NCBI RefSeq assembly: GCF_000406145.1
Contig: NZ_CM001976.1
Coordinates: 1,950,061 to 1,982,060 of the forward strand
DNA from: Dickeya dadantii NCPPB 898
Lineage (GTDB): Bacteria; Pseudomonadota; Gammaproteobacteria; Enterobacterales; Enterobacteriaceae
DNA: 32,000 nucleotides
Direction: 5' to 3'
The notes beneath the pieces are model-generated. The model ran no database searches and was not told the DNA's origin. It was given only the letters and a program-made list of their open reading frames with translations. Each line of letters begins with the position of its first letter. The stretch's first letter is position 1. Shown piece by piece: positions 22,931 through 29,826 of this stretch. The position numbers and the translations under genes are program-made.

Positions 22931-24106
22931 ATGTCACACGCAATTCGTGCAGGATCACTGTTTTTTGTCGTCATCACCATCATGTTGCTGGGGTTGAATC
23001 TTCGGCCGGTGCTGGCTGGCGTCGGGCCGCTGCTGTCGAGGATTCAGGCGGCGACCGGCATGGGGGATACGCAGGCTGGCTTATTGACTACGTTGCCGGT
23101 ATTCGCCATGGGAATCTGCGCCCTGTATGGCGGCTGGCTACAGACCCGACTGGGAGAATATCGCGGCATCGGTATCGGCATTGTCGGGATTGCGGTGGCC
23201 TGCCTGCTGCGGTGCTGGCTGACCAGCACCGCCGGGTTATTGCTGACCGCCGCGCTGGCCGGTATCGGCATTGCGCTGATTCAGGCGCTGATGCCGTCGT
23301 TTCTGCGCCGTAGCTTTAGCCGTCAAAGCAGCCGGCTTATGGGGTTGTACACCACAGCCATTATGGGCGGCGCGGCGCTGGCGGCAGCCAGTATCTCGCC
23401 GCTGGCGGACATCATGGACTGGGACGGCGCGCTGGCGATATGGGGCGCGCTGGCGACACTGGCGACGGTAGCCTGGCTGATTACGGTGTCGTTGAGTCCG
23501 ATGCCGGATAGCGCGACGCGTTCGGGGCCGGCGCCATCGCAGAATCGGGCCTGGGCGCTGATGATCTTTTTCGGCATCGGTACCGCCGCGTATACCCTGG
23601 TGCTGGCCTGGTTGCCGCCGTATTACACCCAGCTTGGCTGGAGCCCCGCCCGTAGCGGGTTATTGCTGGGTGGGCTGACGCTGACCGAAGTGGTGGCCGG
23701 GCTGCTGGTGTCGTTGCTGATTAACCGGTTCCCGGACCGGCGCTATCTGCTGCTGCCGGTATTGTTATTGCTGCTGCTGGGTATGGCCGGCTTGATACTG
23801 GCGCCGCAGACGCTGGTGTTGCCGATCATGATTGCGCTGGGGCTGGGTATCGGCGCGCTATTTCCGCTGTCGCTGATTATCGCGCTCGATCAAGTGGACG
23901 ACCCGCGTCAGGCGGGTGCGCTGATGGGGTTCGTACAAGGGGGCGGTTACCTGATCGCCAGCCTGATGCCGTTGCTGGCGGGTTTTATCCGGCAGTACAC
24001 CAGCGGTCTGGGGCAGGCCTGGTTGATCATGGCGGCGGGGGTGGGGGTGCTGATCCTGATGGCGCTGCGTTTCGCGCCGCGCCATCAGGTGTCGGCGTCG
24101 GCCTAA
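22931..24106 (+). CDS. MFS transporter, CynX/YeaN-like subfamily (391 aa)
   Basis: ORF 22865-24106 trimmed to ATG 22931 (AAGGAG at 22921-22926). About 12 predicted TM segments. The N-terminal LGLNLRPVLAGVGPLL motif resembles the CynX family. Confidence 0.85.
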   Translation: MSHAIRAGSLFFVVITIMLLGLNLRPVLAGVGPLLSRIQAATGMGDTQAGLLTTLPVFAMGICALYGGWLQTRLGEYRGIGIGIVGIAVACLLRCWLTSTAGLLLTAALAGIGIALIQALMPSFLRRSFSRQSSRLMGLYTTAIMGGAALAAASISPLADIMDWDGALAIWGALATLATVAWLITVSLSPMPDSATRSGPAPSQNRAWALMIFFGIGTAAYTLVLAWLPPYYTQLGWSPARSGLLLGGLTLTEVVAGLLVSLLINRFPDRRYLLLPVLLLLLLGMAGLILAPQTLVLPIMIALGLGIGALFPLSLIIALDQVDDPRQAGALMGFVQGGGYLIASLMPLLAGFIRQYTSGLGQAWLIMAAGVGVLILMALRFAPRHQVSASA

Positions 24107-25017
24107 CGGCGTGATAACGCCAACTGCGGCGTCAGGAACAGGTTGCGGAAGTATTCCCGAACCGCCTGCATCGCCGGGGTAAACTCGGCGTCATGATACC
24201 AGGCCAGCCCGACGCTCATCGGGTGAACCCGGTCTTTCAGCGATCGGGTTTCGATACGCCGCCCCTCAAGCGACCAGGGGCGGTACACCAGATCGGACAA
24301 AATCGCCACGCCCAGTCCGTTCGCCACCATACTGCGCACCGCCTCCACTGAGCTGGTGCGCAGCATCACCTTCGGGCGATGCCCACTCAATTCCCAATAG
24401 CGCATGGCGCTGTGATCCGCTTCATCCACCGTCAGCATGATAAAGGGCTCGTTGGCGACATCCGCCAGGCTCACCTCCGGCTTGTCGCACAACGGGTGGC
24501 GGCTGGGCAGCCATAGCCGCCGCTCCGAATTAAACAGGGGTTCGGCGGTAATTTCCGGGTGGGTAATGTTGGCGGTCAGCACCAGCGATAAGTCCAGAGA
24601 ACGATCCAGCAACCCGGTTTCGATATCCTGCCGCTCGCGTTCGTTGAGATGAATGGCGACGTGAGGAAAGCCGTATGACAGTCGCTGCAGATGAAACGGC
24701 AGAAAATACCCCATCACCGTGTAGCTGGCGGCCATGTTCAGCGAACCGGCGATGCGGTTGTCGGTCAGCGGAATATGCATGGCGTCATCCACGCTGCGCA
24801 GCACGGCGTAGGCGTGATTAAGGAAGTAGCTGCCGTTTTCGGTCAGCGTCATGCCATGCACCGAACGCAGGAACAGCGGCTTTCCCAGCAGGTTTTCCAG
24901 TTCCTGAATCGCGCTGGTCACCGCCGATTGTGAAATATTGAGGTGGATCGCCGCCTGGGATATCTGGCCTGTCTCCGCGGTGGCGATGAAGTAGCGAATC
25001 TGACGCAATGTGACCAT
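24103..25017 (-). CDS. LysR-family transcriptional regulator (304 aa)
   Basis: The N-terminal HTH is MVTLRQIRYFIATAETGQISQAAIHLNISQSAVTSAIQELENLLGKPLFLR, followed by a LysR substrate-binding domain. It diverges from the pxpA-like operon. Its stop codon overlaps the stop of the convergent MFS gene. Confidence 0.92.
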   Translation of the reverse strand: MVTLRQIRYFIATAETGQISQAAIHLNISQSAVTSAIQELENLLGKPLFLRSVHGMTLTENGSYFLNHAYAVLRSVDDAMHIPLTDNRIAGSLNMAASYTVMGYFLPFHLQRLSYGFPHVAIHLNERERQDIETGLLDRSLDLSLVLTANITHPEITAEPLFNSERRLWLPSRHPLCDKPEVSLADVANEPFIMLTVDEADHSAMRYWELSGHRPKVMLRTSSVEAVRSMVANGLGVAILSDLVYRPWSLEGRRIETRSLKDRVHPMSVGLAWYHDAEFTPAMQAVREYFRNLFLTPQLALSRR

Positions 25018-25046
25018 GGCATACCCCTTATCGGCGAGCGTTCTGT

Positions 25047-25072
25047 TTTTCAGATAGCAAGCATTCTGAAAA
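25047..25072. promoter_or_regulatory. 8-bp inverted repeat TTTTCAGA-N10-TCTGAAAA in the 127-bp LysR/operon divergent region; candidate LysR-type binding site
   Basis: Read directly (25047-25054 and 25065-25072). It lies 30 bp from the LysR start and 73 bp from the pxpA-like ATG. A dyad with an A/T-rich core in a divergent promoter region is the usual LTTR arrangement. Confidence 0.55.
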
Positions 25073-25144
25073 TACGTCTTTCCGAATAGAAAATTGTGGT
25101 TCTATATTATTTTTAAACAAAACCATCACAAATAAGAAATAATT

Positions 25145-25927
25145 ATGAAATATGAAATCGATCTGAATTCCGATATGGGAGAAAACTTTGGTCCCTGGAA
25201 AATAGGCGATGACGTTGATCGGGAGATTATGTCTTATATAAGTTCTGCCAATATTGCCGCCGGATTTCACGCCGGCGATCCCACCACTATACGGCAGACT
25301 ATTGAATGGGCCAATGAGTATGGCGTCGCGGTCGGCGCGCATCCCGGATTTCGCGATCTGGTCGGCTTTGGCCGGCGGCATATTCATAGCCAGCCGCAGG
25401 AAGTGGTGAATGACATTTTGTATCAGCTCGGGGCGCTGCGGGAATTTACCCGGCTGTACCAATTACCGTTACAGCACGTCAAACCGCACGGCGCGCTGTA
25501 TATGCATCTGGCGCGCGATCGGCCGTCCGCGCAGCTGTTTGTGGAAACCCTGCACCGGCTGGACCCCGAATTACGGCTGTTTTGCCTGCACGGCTCATGG
25601 ACCTGGCAGGAAGCAAAAAGACTACAACACCCTGTTATTTGTGAATTTTATGGCGACAGAGAGTACGACGCCAGCGGCTCGATCGTCTTTACCCGCCGGG
25701 TGGGCGAGCTGGACCCGGCGCGGGTGGCGGAGAAAGTAGTGCGCGCCTGTGTGGAAGGCAAAGTGACGACGGTCGATGGTGAAGATATTCACGTCGAGTT
25801 CGAGTCGATTTGTATTCACAGCGATACGCCCGGCGCGCTGGCATTAATTAAAGCGACCCGGGAGGCATTGAATAACGCCAATATTCGTGTGCGTTCGCCA
25901 TTGCGGAATAGTTTTAATAATCGGTAA
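25145..25927 (+). CDS. LamB/YcsF-family protein (5-oxoprolinase subunit A, PxpA-like) (260 aa)
   Basis: [55 protein letters not shown] and CIHSDTPGA are hallmark LamB/YcsF motifs. Confidence 0.9.
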   Translation: MKYEIDLNSDMGENFGPWKIGDDVDREIMSYISSANIAAGFHAGDPTTIRQTIEWANEYGVAVGAHPGFRDLVGFGRRHIHSQPQEVVNDILYQLGALREFTRLYQLPLQHVKPHGALYMHLARDRPSAQLFVETLHRLDPELRLFCLHGSWTWQEAKRLQHPVICEFYGDREYDASGSIVFTRRVGELDPARVAEKVVRACVEGKVTTVDGEDIHVEFESICIHSDTPGALALIKATREALNNANIRVRSPLRNSFNNR

Positions 25928-25956
25928 TTGATAAATAATTATAAGGATTGAGGCTA

Positions 25957-26205
25957 ATGAAAACATATGAGGTTTGTTCTCCTTTACCGGGTGTTTTTTA
26001 TCGTCAGCCCGCACCGGACGCCCCTGCATTTATTGAAGAAAATACCCCGGTTACCGCAAATAGCGTTATTGGGTTGGTCGAGGTGATGAAACAGTTCAGT
26101 GAAATTTATGCGGAGCAGGCTGGCGAATTAATATCGTTCTGCGTGAATAGCGGCGATGCGCTGGAGCCGGGTCAGGTCATAGCCATCATAAAAATCGATG
26201 AATAA
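25957..26205 (+). CDS. Minimal biotin carboxyl carrier protein (biotinyl domain only, 82 aa)
   Basis: ORF 25948-26205 (TTG) trimmed to ATG 25957 (AAGGA at 25944-25948). The biotinyl-lysine context is GLVEVMKQFSEI. The beta-hammerhead-like flanks SPLPGVFY and PGQVIAII fit the biotinyl/lipoyl fold. Confidence 0.85.
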   Translation: MKTYEVCSPLPGVFYRQPAPDAPAFIEENTPVTANSVIGLVEVMKQFSEIYAEQAGELISFCVNSGDALEPGQVIAIIKIDE

Positions 26206-26258
26206 CGGTAAAACCTACAACACAGCCTAATAACCACTCAATCAGGAGAGAGGCGAAG

Positions 26259-27644
26259 ATGCGTCAGCCGATCAGAAAATTGCTTATCGCCAACCGGGGG
26301 GAAATTGCCGTTCGCATTATTCATGCCGCCCGTAGTCTGGGGATTGCCACGGTAGCCGCCTGCAGCGAGGCCGATGCCGATTCGCTGCCCGCGCGTCTGG
26401 CGGATGAAACGGTACTGCTGGGGCCGGCGCGCGCCGACCAGAGTTACCTGAATCAGGCGGCGTTGTTGCAGGCGGCCAAAGACAGCGGAGCGGATGCGGT
26501 ACATCCGGGATACGGTTTTCTGTCCGAGAATGCGGCATTCGCCGAGGCGGTAGAGCAGGCTGGGCTGGTGTTCGTCGGCCCGACGGCGGAAACCATTCGC
26601 ATGATGGGCGACAAAGCGGCGGCGCGGCGCACCGCGCAGGCGGCGGGGGTTCCGGTTGTACCCGGCTCAGGGGTGTTGTCGTCGCTGGCGGCGGCGTTAC
26701 AGGCCGCCGAAGAGATTGGCTACCCGTTGCTGATCAAGGCGTCTGCTGGCGGCGGCGGGCGCGGTATCCGGGTCGTCAACCATGAGGATGACCTGAAACG
26801 CGAGTTTCCGATCGCCCAGAGCGAAGCGAGAGCGGCGTTCGGGTGCGGCGATGTTTATCTGGAGCTGTTTATTCGCCATGCCCGCCATATCGAAGTGCAA
26901 ATTCTGGGCGACGGCGAGCGGGCGGTGCACCTGTATGAGCGTGAGTGTTCGTTGCAACGCCGTCGCCAGAAGGTCTTTGAAGAGGCGCCGTCGCCGGCGT
27001 TGACGTCGACACAGCGCGAGGCGTTGTGCCGCAGCGCCCTGCAACTGGCGCAACAGTTGCGCTACCGCAGCGCCGGGACGCTGGAATACCTGTTCGATAC
27101 CGAGCGGGAACAGTTCTATTTTATCGAAATGAACACCCGCATTCAGGTCGAACACCCGGTTACGGAGCGGGTGACCGGCGTCGATCTGGTGCAGTGGATG
27201 CTGCGCATCGCCGGCGGCGAACCGCTTAGCCTGCATCAGGAGGCGATCGCGCTGCACGGGCATGCCTGTGAGATGCGCATCAACGCAGAAGATCCGGCAC
27301 GTAATTTCTTCCCTTGTCCCGGCGTGGTAGACACGCTGACGTGGCCGCAAGGCCCCGGTATTCGTATCGACAGCCATCTGTTTAGCGGTTACCGCGTCCC
27401 GCCGTATTACGACTCCCTGCTGGCCAAAGTGGTGGTATCCGGACCGACGCGCCAGCAGACGCTGGCTCGTGCCGAGCAGGCGCTGAACCAGTTGCGAATC
27501 GGCGGCATCACCACCACGCAGTCATTGCACCAATGGCTGCTGGCGGATACCCGGTTGCGCGCCGGACACTTTGATACCACCTCGCTGGAAAGCTGGCTAC
27601 AGGCGCGAGAAGCCGAATCACTGTCGCTGTCGAAGGAGGCCTGA
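26259..27644 (+). CDS. Biotin carboxylase (ATP-grasp; AccC-like paralog) (461 aa)
   Basis: KLLIANRGEIAVRIIHAARSLGI, HPGYGFLSEN, MGDK..AR, YPLLIKASAGGGGRGIRVV, IEVQILGD, RECSLQRRRQKVFEEAP and FIEMNTRIQVEHPVTE are canonical biotin carboxylase motifs. Confidence 0.93.
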   Translation: MRQPIRKLLIANRGEIAVRIIHAARSLGIATVAACSEADADSLPARLADETVLLGPARADQSYLNQAALLQAAKDSGADAVHPGYGFLSENAAFAEAVEQAGLVFVGPTAETIRMMGDKAAARRTAQAAGVPVVPGSGVLSSLAAALQAAEEIGYPLLIKASAGGGGRGIRVVNHEDDLKREFPIAQSEARAAFGCGDVYLELFIRHARHIEVQILGDGERAVHLYERECSLQRRRQKVFEEAPSPALTSTQREALCRSALQLAQQLRYRSAGTLEYLFDTEREQFYFIEMNTRIQVEHPVTERVTGVDLVQWMLRIAGGEPLSLHQEAIALHGHACEMRINAEDPARNFFPCPGVVDTLTWPQGPGIRIDSHLFSGYRVPPYYDSLLAKVVVSGPTRQQTLARAEQALNQLRIGGITTTQSLHQWLLADTRLRAGHFDTTSLESWLQAREAESLSLSKEA

Positions 27645-27645
27645 C

Positions 27646-28530
27646 ATGACCTTTCCTGCAATACGCTACACCTTCGGCGGCGATGAGCACCTGTTCGCCG
27701 AGATTGACGAAGCGATGTCGCTGGGCGCGTTTTTCCGCGGGCTGGCGATGACCCGTGCGCTGGAGCAACTGGCGCTGCCCGGCGTGCTGGATATTTGCCT
27801 GGCTAATGCATCCTTTCAGGTGCGCTTCAATCCGGATGTTATCGCGCCGCAGGCGCTGCTGGAGACGGTACAACGTACCGAACAGCAGGCACAGACGATG
27901 ACGGTGCTCGACACGCGTATCATCGAAATTCCGGTGCTGTACAACGACCCCTGGACCCACGACACCCTGATGCGGTTCCGCGATCGTCATCAGGAGCCGA
28001 CGGCTACCGACCTGGAATATGCCGCGCGCATCAACGGCTATCAGGATGTGGCGGCGTTTATTGCGGCGCACAGCGGCACGCCGTGGTTTGTGTCGATGGT
28101 GGGATTCGTGGCGGGATTGCCGTTCATGTTTCAGATGGTGGAGCAGGCGCAGCAGTTACAGGTGCCGAAATACCTGCGGCCGCGCACCGACACCCCCAGA
28201 CTGTCGCTGGGGCACGGCGGTTGTTTCGGCTGTATCTACTCGGTGCGGGGCGCGGGCGGCTACCAGCTGTTTGGCGTCACCCCAGCGCCGATTTACGACC
28301 CGGAACAACGTCTGGATTATCTGCAATCGTCGATGGTGTTTTTCCGCTCGGGCGACATCGTGCAGTTTAAACCTATCGATCTGGCGCGCTATGAACAGGA
28401 CGTACAGGCGGTTGACGCCGGCAGCTTCAGCCTGCGCATTCGTCCGGTAACGTTCGAACTGGATAAGTTCCTCGCCGACCCGACCGGCTATAAACACTAT
28501 CTTCAGGAGGTGCTGTATGCAGGTATCTAG
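27646..28530 (+). CDS. PxpB/KipI-like protein (carboxyltransferase subdomain C-D; former allophanate hydrolase subunit 1) (294 aa)
   Basis: ORF 27571-28530 trimmed to ATG 27646 (GGAGG at 27635-27639; the start is 1 nt after the biotin carboxylase stop). F.VRFNP, IEIPV.Y, GF..G.PF and cyclophilin-like C-terminal features are typical of the AHS1/CT_C_D family. It is longer than E. coli PxpB (about 220 aa from memory). Confidence 0.85.
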   Translation: MTFPAIRYTFGGDEHLFAEIDEAMSLGAFFRGLAMTRALEQLALPGVLDICLANASFQVRFNPDVIAPQALLETVQRTEQQAQTMTVLDTRIIEIPVLYNDPWTHDTLMRFRDRHQEPTATDLEYAARINGYQDVAAFIAAHSGTPWFVSMVGFVAGLPFMFQMVEQAQQLQVPKYLRPRTDTPRLSLGHGGCFGCIYSVRGAGGYQLFGVTPAPIYDPEQRLDYLQSSMVFFRSGDIVQFKPIDLARYEQDVQAVDAGSFSLRIRPVTFELDKFLADPTGYKHYLQEVLYAGI

Positions 28531-29527
28531 CGAGCGGATCATATCTAGCGTGCGGATCAATGTCATCCGGCCGGGGCTGGCGACCTCAGTACAAGATGGC
28601 GGGCGCGAAGGCTATTACCACCTGGGCATTCCGCCGTCCGGCGGGCTGGATCAGTATTCGCTGCGGCTGGCGAATTTGCTGGTGGGCAACCCGGCGCAGG
28701 CCGCCGTACTGGAAATGACGTTGCTGGGACCGGAATTGCAGTTTGAAGGCGATGCGCTGGTGGCGGTGTGCGGCGCGCGGATGTCGCCGTTGCTGGACGG
28801 CATGGCGATGCCGCTGGATACCACGTTTGCGGTGCGCGCCGGTCAGGTGCTGCGGTTTACGCCGACCACGGCCGGGTGCCGCGCCTATCTGGCGGTGGCG
28901 GGCGGCATTGCGGTGCCGGAGGTGCTGGACAGCCGCTCGACCTATGCGCTCGGTGCGCTGGGCGGTTATCAGGGGCGCCGGCTGGCCGCCAATGATGTAC
29001 TGCCGGTCGGCGTGCCGTCACACCAGGTCACGCCGGAAGTGACGGTGCCCGCCGACTGTCTCCAGCCGCTGGACAAGCAGGTGACGTTACGCATGGTGAC
29101 CGGGTTGTACATTCACCGGCTGACCCCGGCGGCGGTAGAACAGTTTTTTGCCGACGACTGGCGGGTCGGCACCGAAGCCGACCGCATCGGCTACCGGCTC
29201 AAAGGCGGGGCGCCGCTGGCGTTTGAGCCGCGCACGCCGCCGTTTGGCGCCGGCTCGGATCCATCCAACATTGTCGATGCCTGCTACCCCATCGGCTCGG
29301 TGCAGGTGCCGGGCGGTCTGGAGCCGATCATTCTGCTGCGCGATGCGGTGTCCGGCGGCGGTTACATGACGCTGGGGACGGTGATCAGCAGCGATCTGGA
29401 CATCATCGGGCAGTTGCAACCCCATTACGGCGTTCGTTTTGCGCCCGTATCGCTGGAGGAGGCGCTGGTCGCCCGGCAACACTATCGCCGCCGTCTTGAG
29501 CGGCTGACGCTGTTGTTAACAAACTGA
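28517..29527 (+). CDS. PxpC/KipA-like protein (carboxyltransferase subdomain A-B; former allophanate hydrolase subunit 2) (336 aa)
   Basis: AGGAGG (28505-28510), then ATG 28517, with a 14-nt overlap with the preceding gene. RPGLATSVQDGGR.GY...G.P.SG..D, LE.T..GP and TEADRIGYRL.G......E......G.VQVP..G.PIIL..D....GGY are hallmark AHS2/CT_A_B motifs. Confidence 0.88.
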   Translation: MQVSSERIISSVRINVIRPGLATSVQDGGREGYYHLGIPPSGGLDQYSLRLANLLVGNPAQAAVLEMTLLGPELQFEGDALVAVCGARMSPLLDGMAMPLDTTFAVRAGQVLRFTPTTAGCRAYLAVAGGIAVPEVLDSRSTYALGALGGYQGRRLAANDVLPVGVPSHQVTPEVTVPADCLQPLDKQVTLRMVTGLYIHRLTPAAVEQFFADDWRVGTEADRIGYRLKGGAPLAFEPRTPPFGAGSDPSNIVDACYPIGSVQVPGGLEPIILLRDAVSGGGYMTLGTVISSDLDIIGQLQPHYGVRFAPVSLEEALVARQHYRRRLERLTLLLTN

Positions 29528-29619
29528 TGTTAACGAACTGATGTTAACAAACTGATGTTAACGAACGGATATTAAAGAACAGATGTTAACAAACAGAGGT
29601 TAGCGCACTGATTTCAGAC
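29508..29619. repeat. Tandem array of about 7-8 copies of a 14-bp unit (consensus AACTGATGTTAACR), degenerating toward the 3' end. It overlaps the last codons and stop of the PxpC-like gene.
   Basis: Units read directly: cgctgttgttaaca, aactgatgttaacg, aactgatgttaaca, aactgatgttaacg, aacggatattaaag, aacagatgttaaca, aacagaggttagcg, cactgatttcagac. There are five GTTAAC palindromes (TGTTAACA in three units). Confidence 0.9.
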
Positions 29620-29681
29620 GGTCCCGCCGATTTTCCCTGCGCCAACACCAGGAACGGCAACGGCGGCGGGACATCGTCTGA
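29614..29681 (+). other. Long imperfect stem-loop (7 + 9 bp with a 2-nt bulge) immediately after the repeat array
   Basis: tcagacg-gtcccgccg (29614-29629) pairs with cggcgggac-at-cgtctga (29664-29681), enclosing a 34-nt loop. No U-tract follows. Confidence 0.5.
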
Positions 29682-29746
29682 CATACCGGACCACGTAAGC
29701 GACCGTGCGGCTTTTGCCGCGGCGGCGGACGGGTTCGGCCATAACG

Positions 29747-29795
29747 CATGCCGCCACGTTGTATCAGGTGGTATTGGTGTGACGCCGGCGGCATG
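29747..29795 (+). other. Second 9-bp GC-rich stem-loop in the leader of the permease gene
   Basis: catgccgcc (29747-29755) pairs perfectly with ggcggcatg (29787-29795), with a 31-nt loop. It ends 32 nt before ATG 29827 and overlaps the alternative GTG start at 29779. Confidence 0.45.
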
Positions 29796-29826
29796 TCATC
29801 AAATACGGGTCTGTGGAGGGGTTGCG

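Noticed and set aside
25145-26230. Lower GC content at the start and end of the pxpA-like gene and in the BCCP gene (about 35-50 % in several 60-nt lines by hand count), compared with the downstream BC/PxpB/PxpC genes, as a sign of mosaic operon origin
   Set aside because: The hand counts are patchy (the mid-gene lines reach about 65 %). Without a proper sliding-window and codon-usage analysis, this is not a supportable claim.
27571-27645. Upstream extension of the PxpB-like ORF into the biotin carboxylase gene
   Set aside because: The extension overlaps the 3' end of the BC gene out of frame. ATG 27646 has GGAGG 7 nt upstream and gives the conserved family N-terminus (MTFPAIRY.FGGD).
29508-29619. 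Tandem repeat array considered as a CRISPR array or REP/ERIC element
   Set aside because: The units are only 14 bp and directly abut each other with no spacers. There are no cas genes. There is no resemblance to the REP or ERIC consensus as I remember them.
29614-29826. Guanidine-I (ykkC) or other known riboswitch in the leader of the permease gene. This was suggested by the urea-carboxylase-like context and the string ACGGCGGCGGGACA.
   Set aside because: The conserved ykkC blocks I recall (CUAGGGUUCCG, GGUCCGAGAG, ACGGCGGGA...AAGCCCGGGAGA) are not present on either strand. Only a short partial match exists. A covariance-model scan would settle it.
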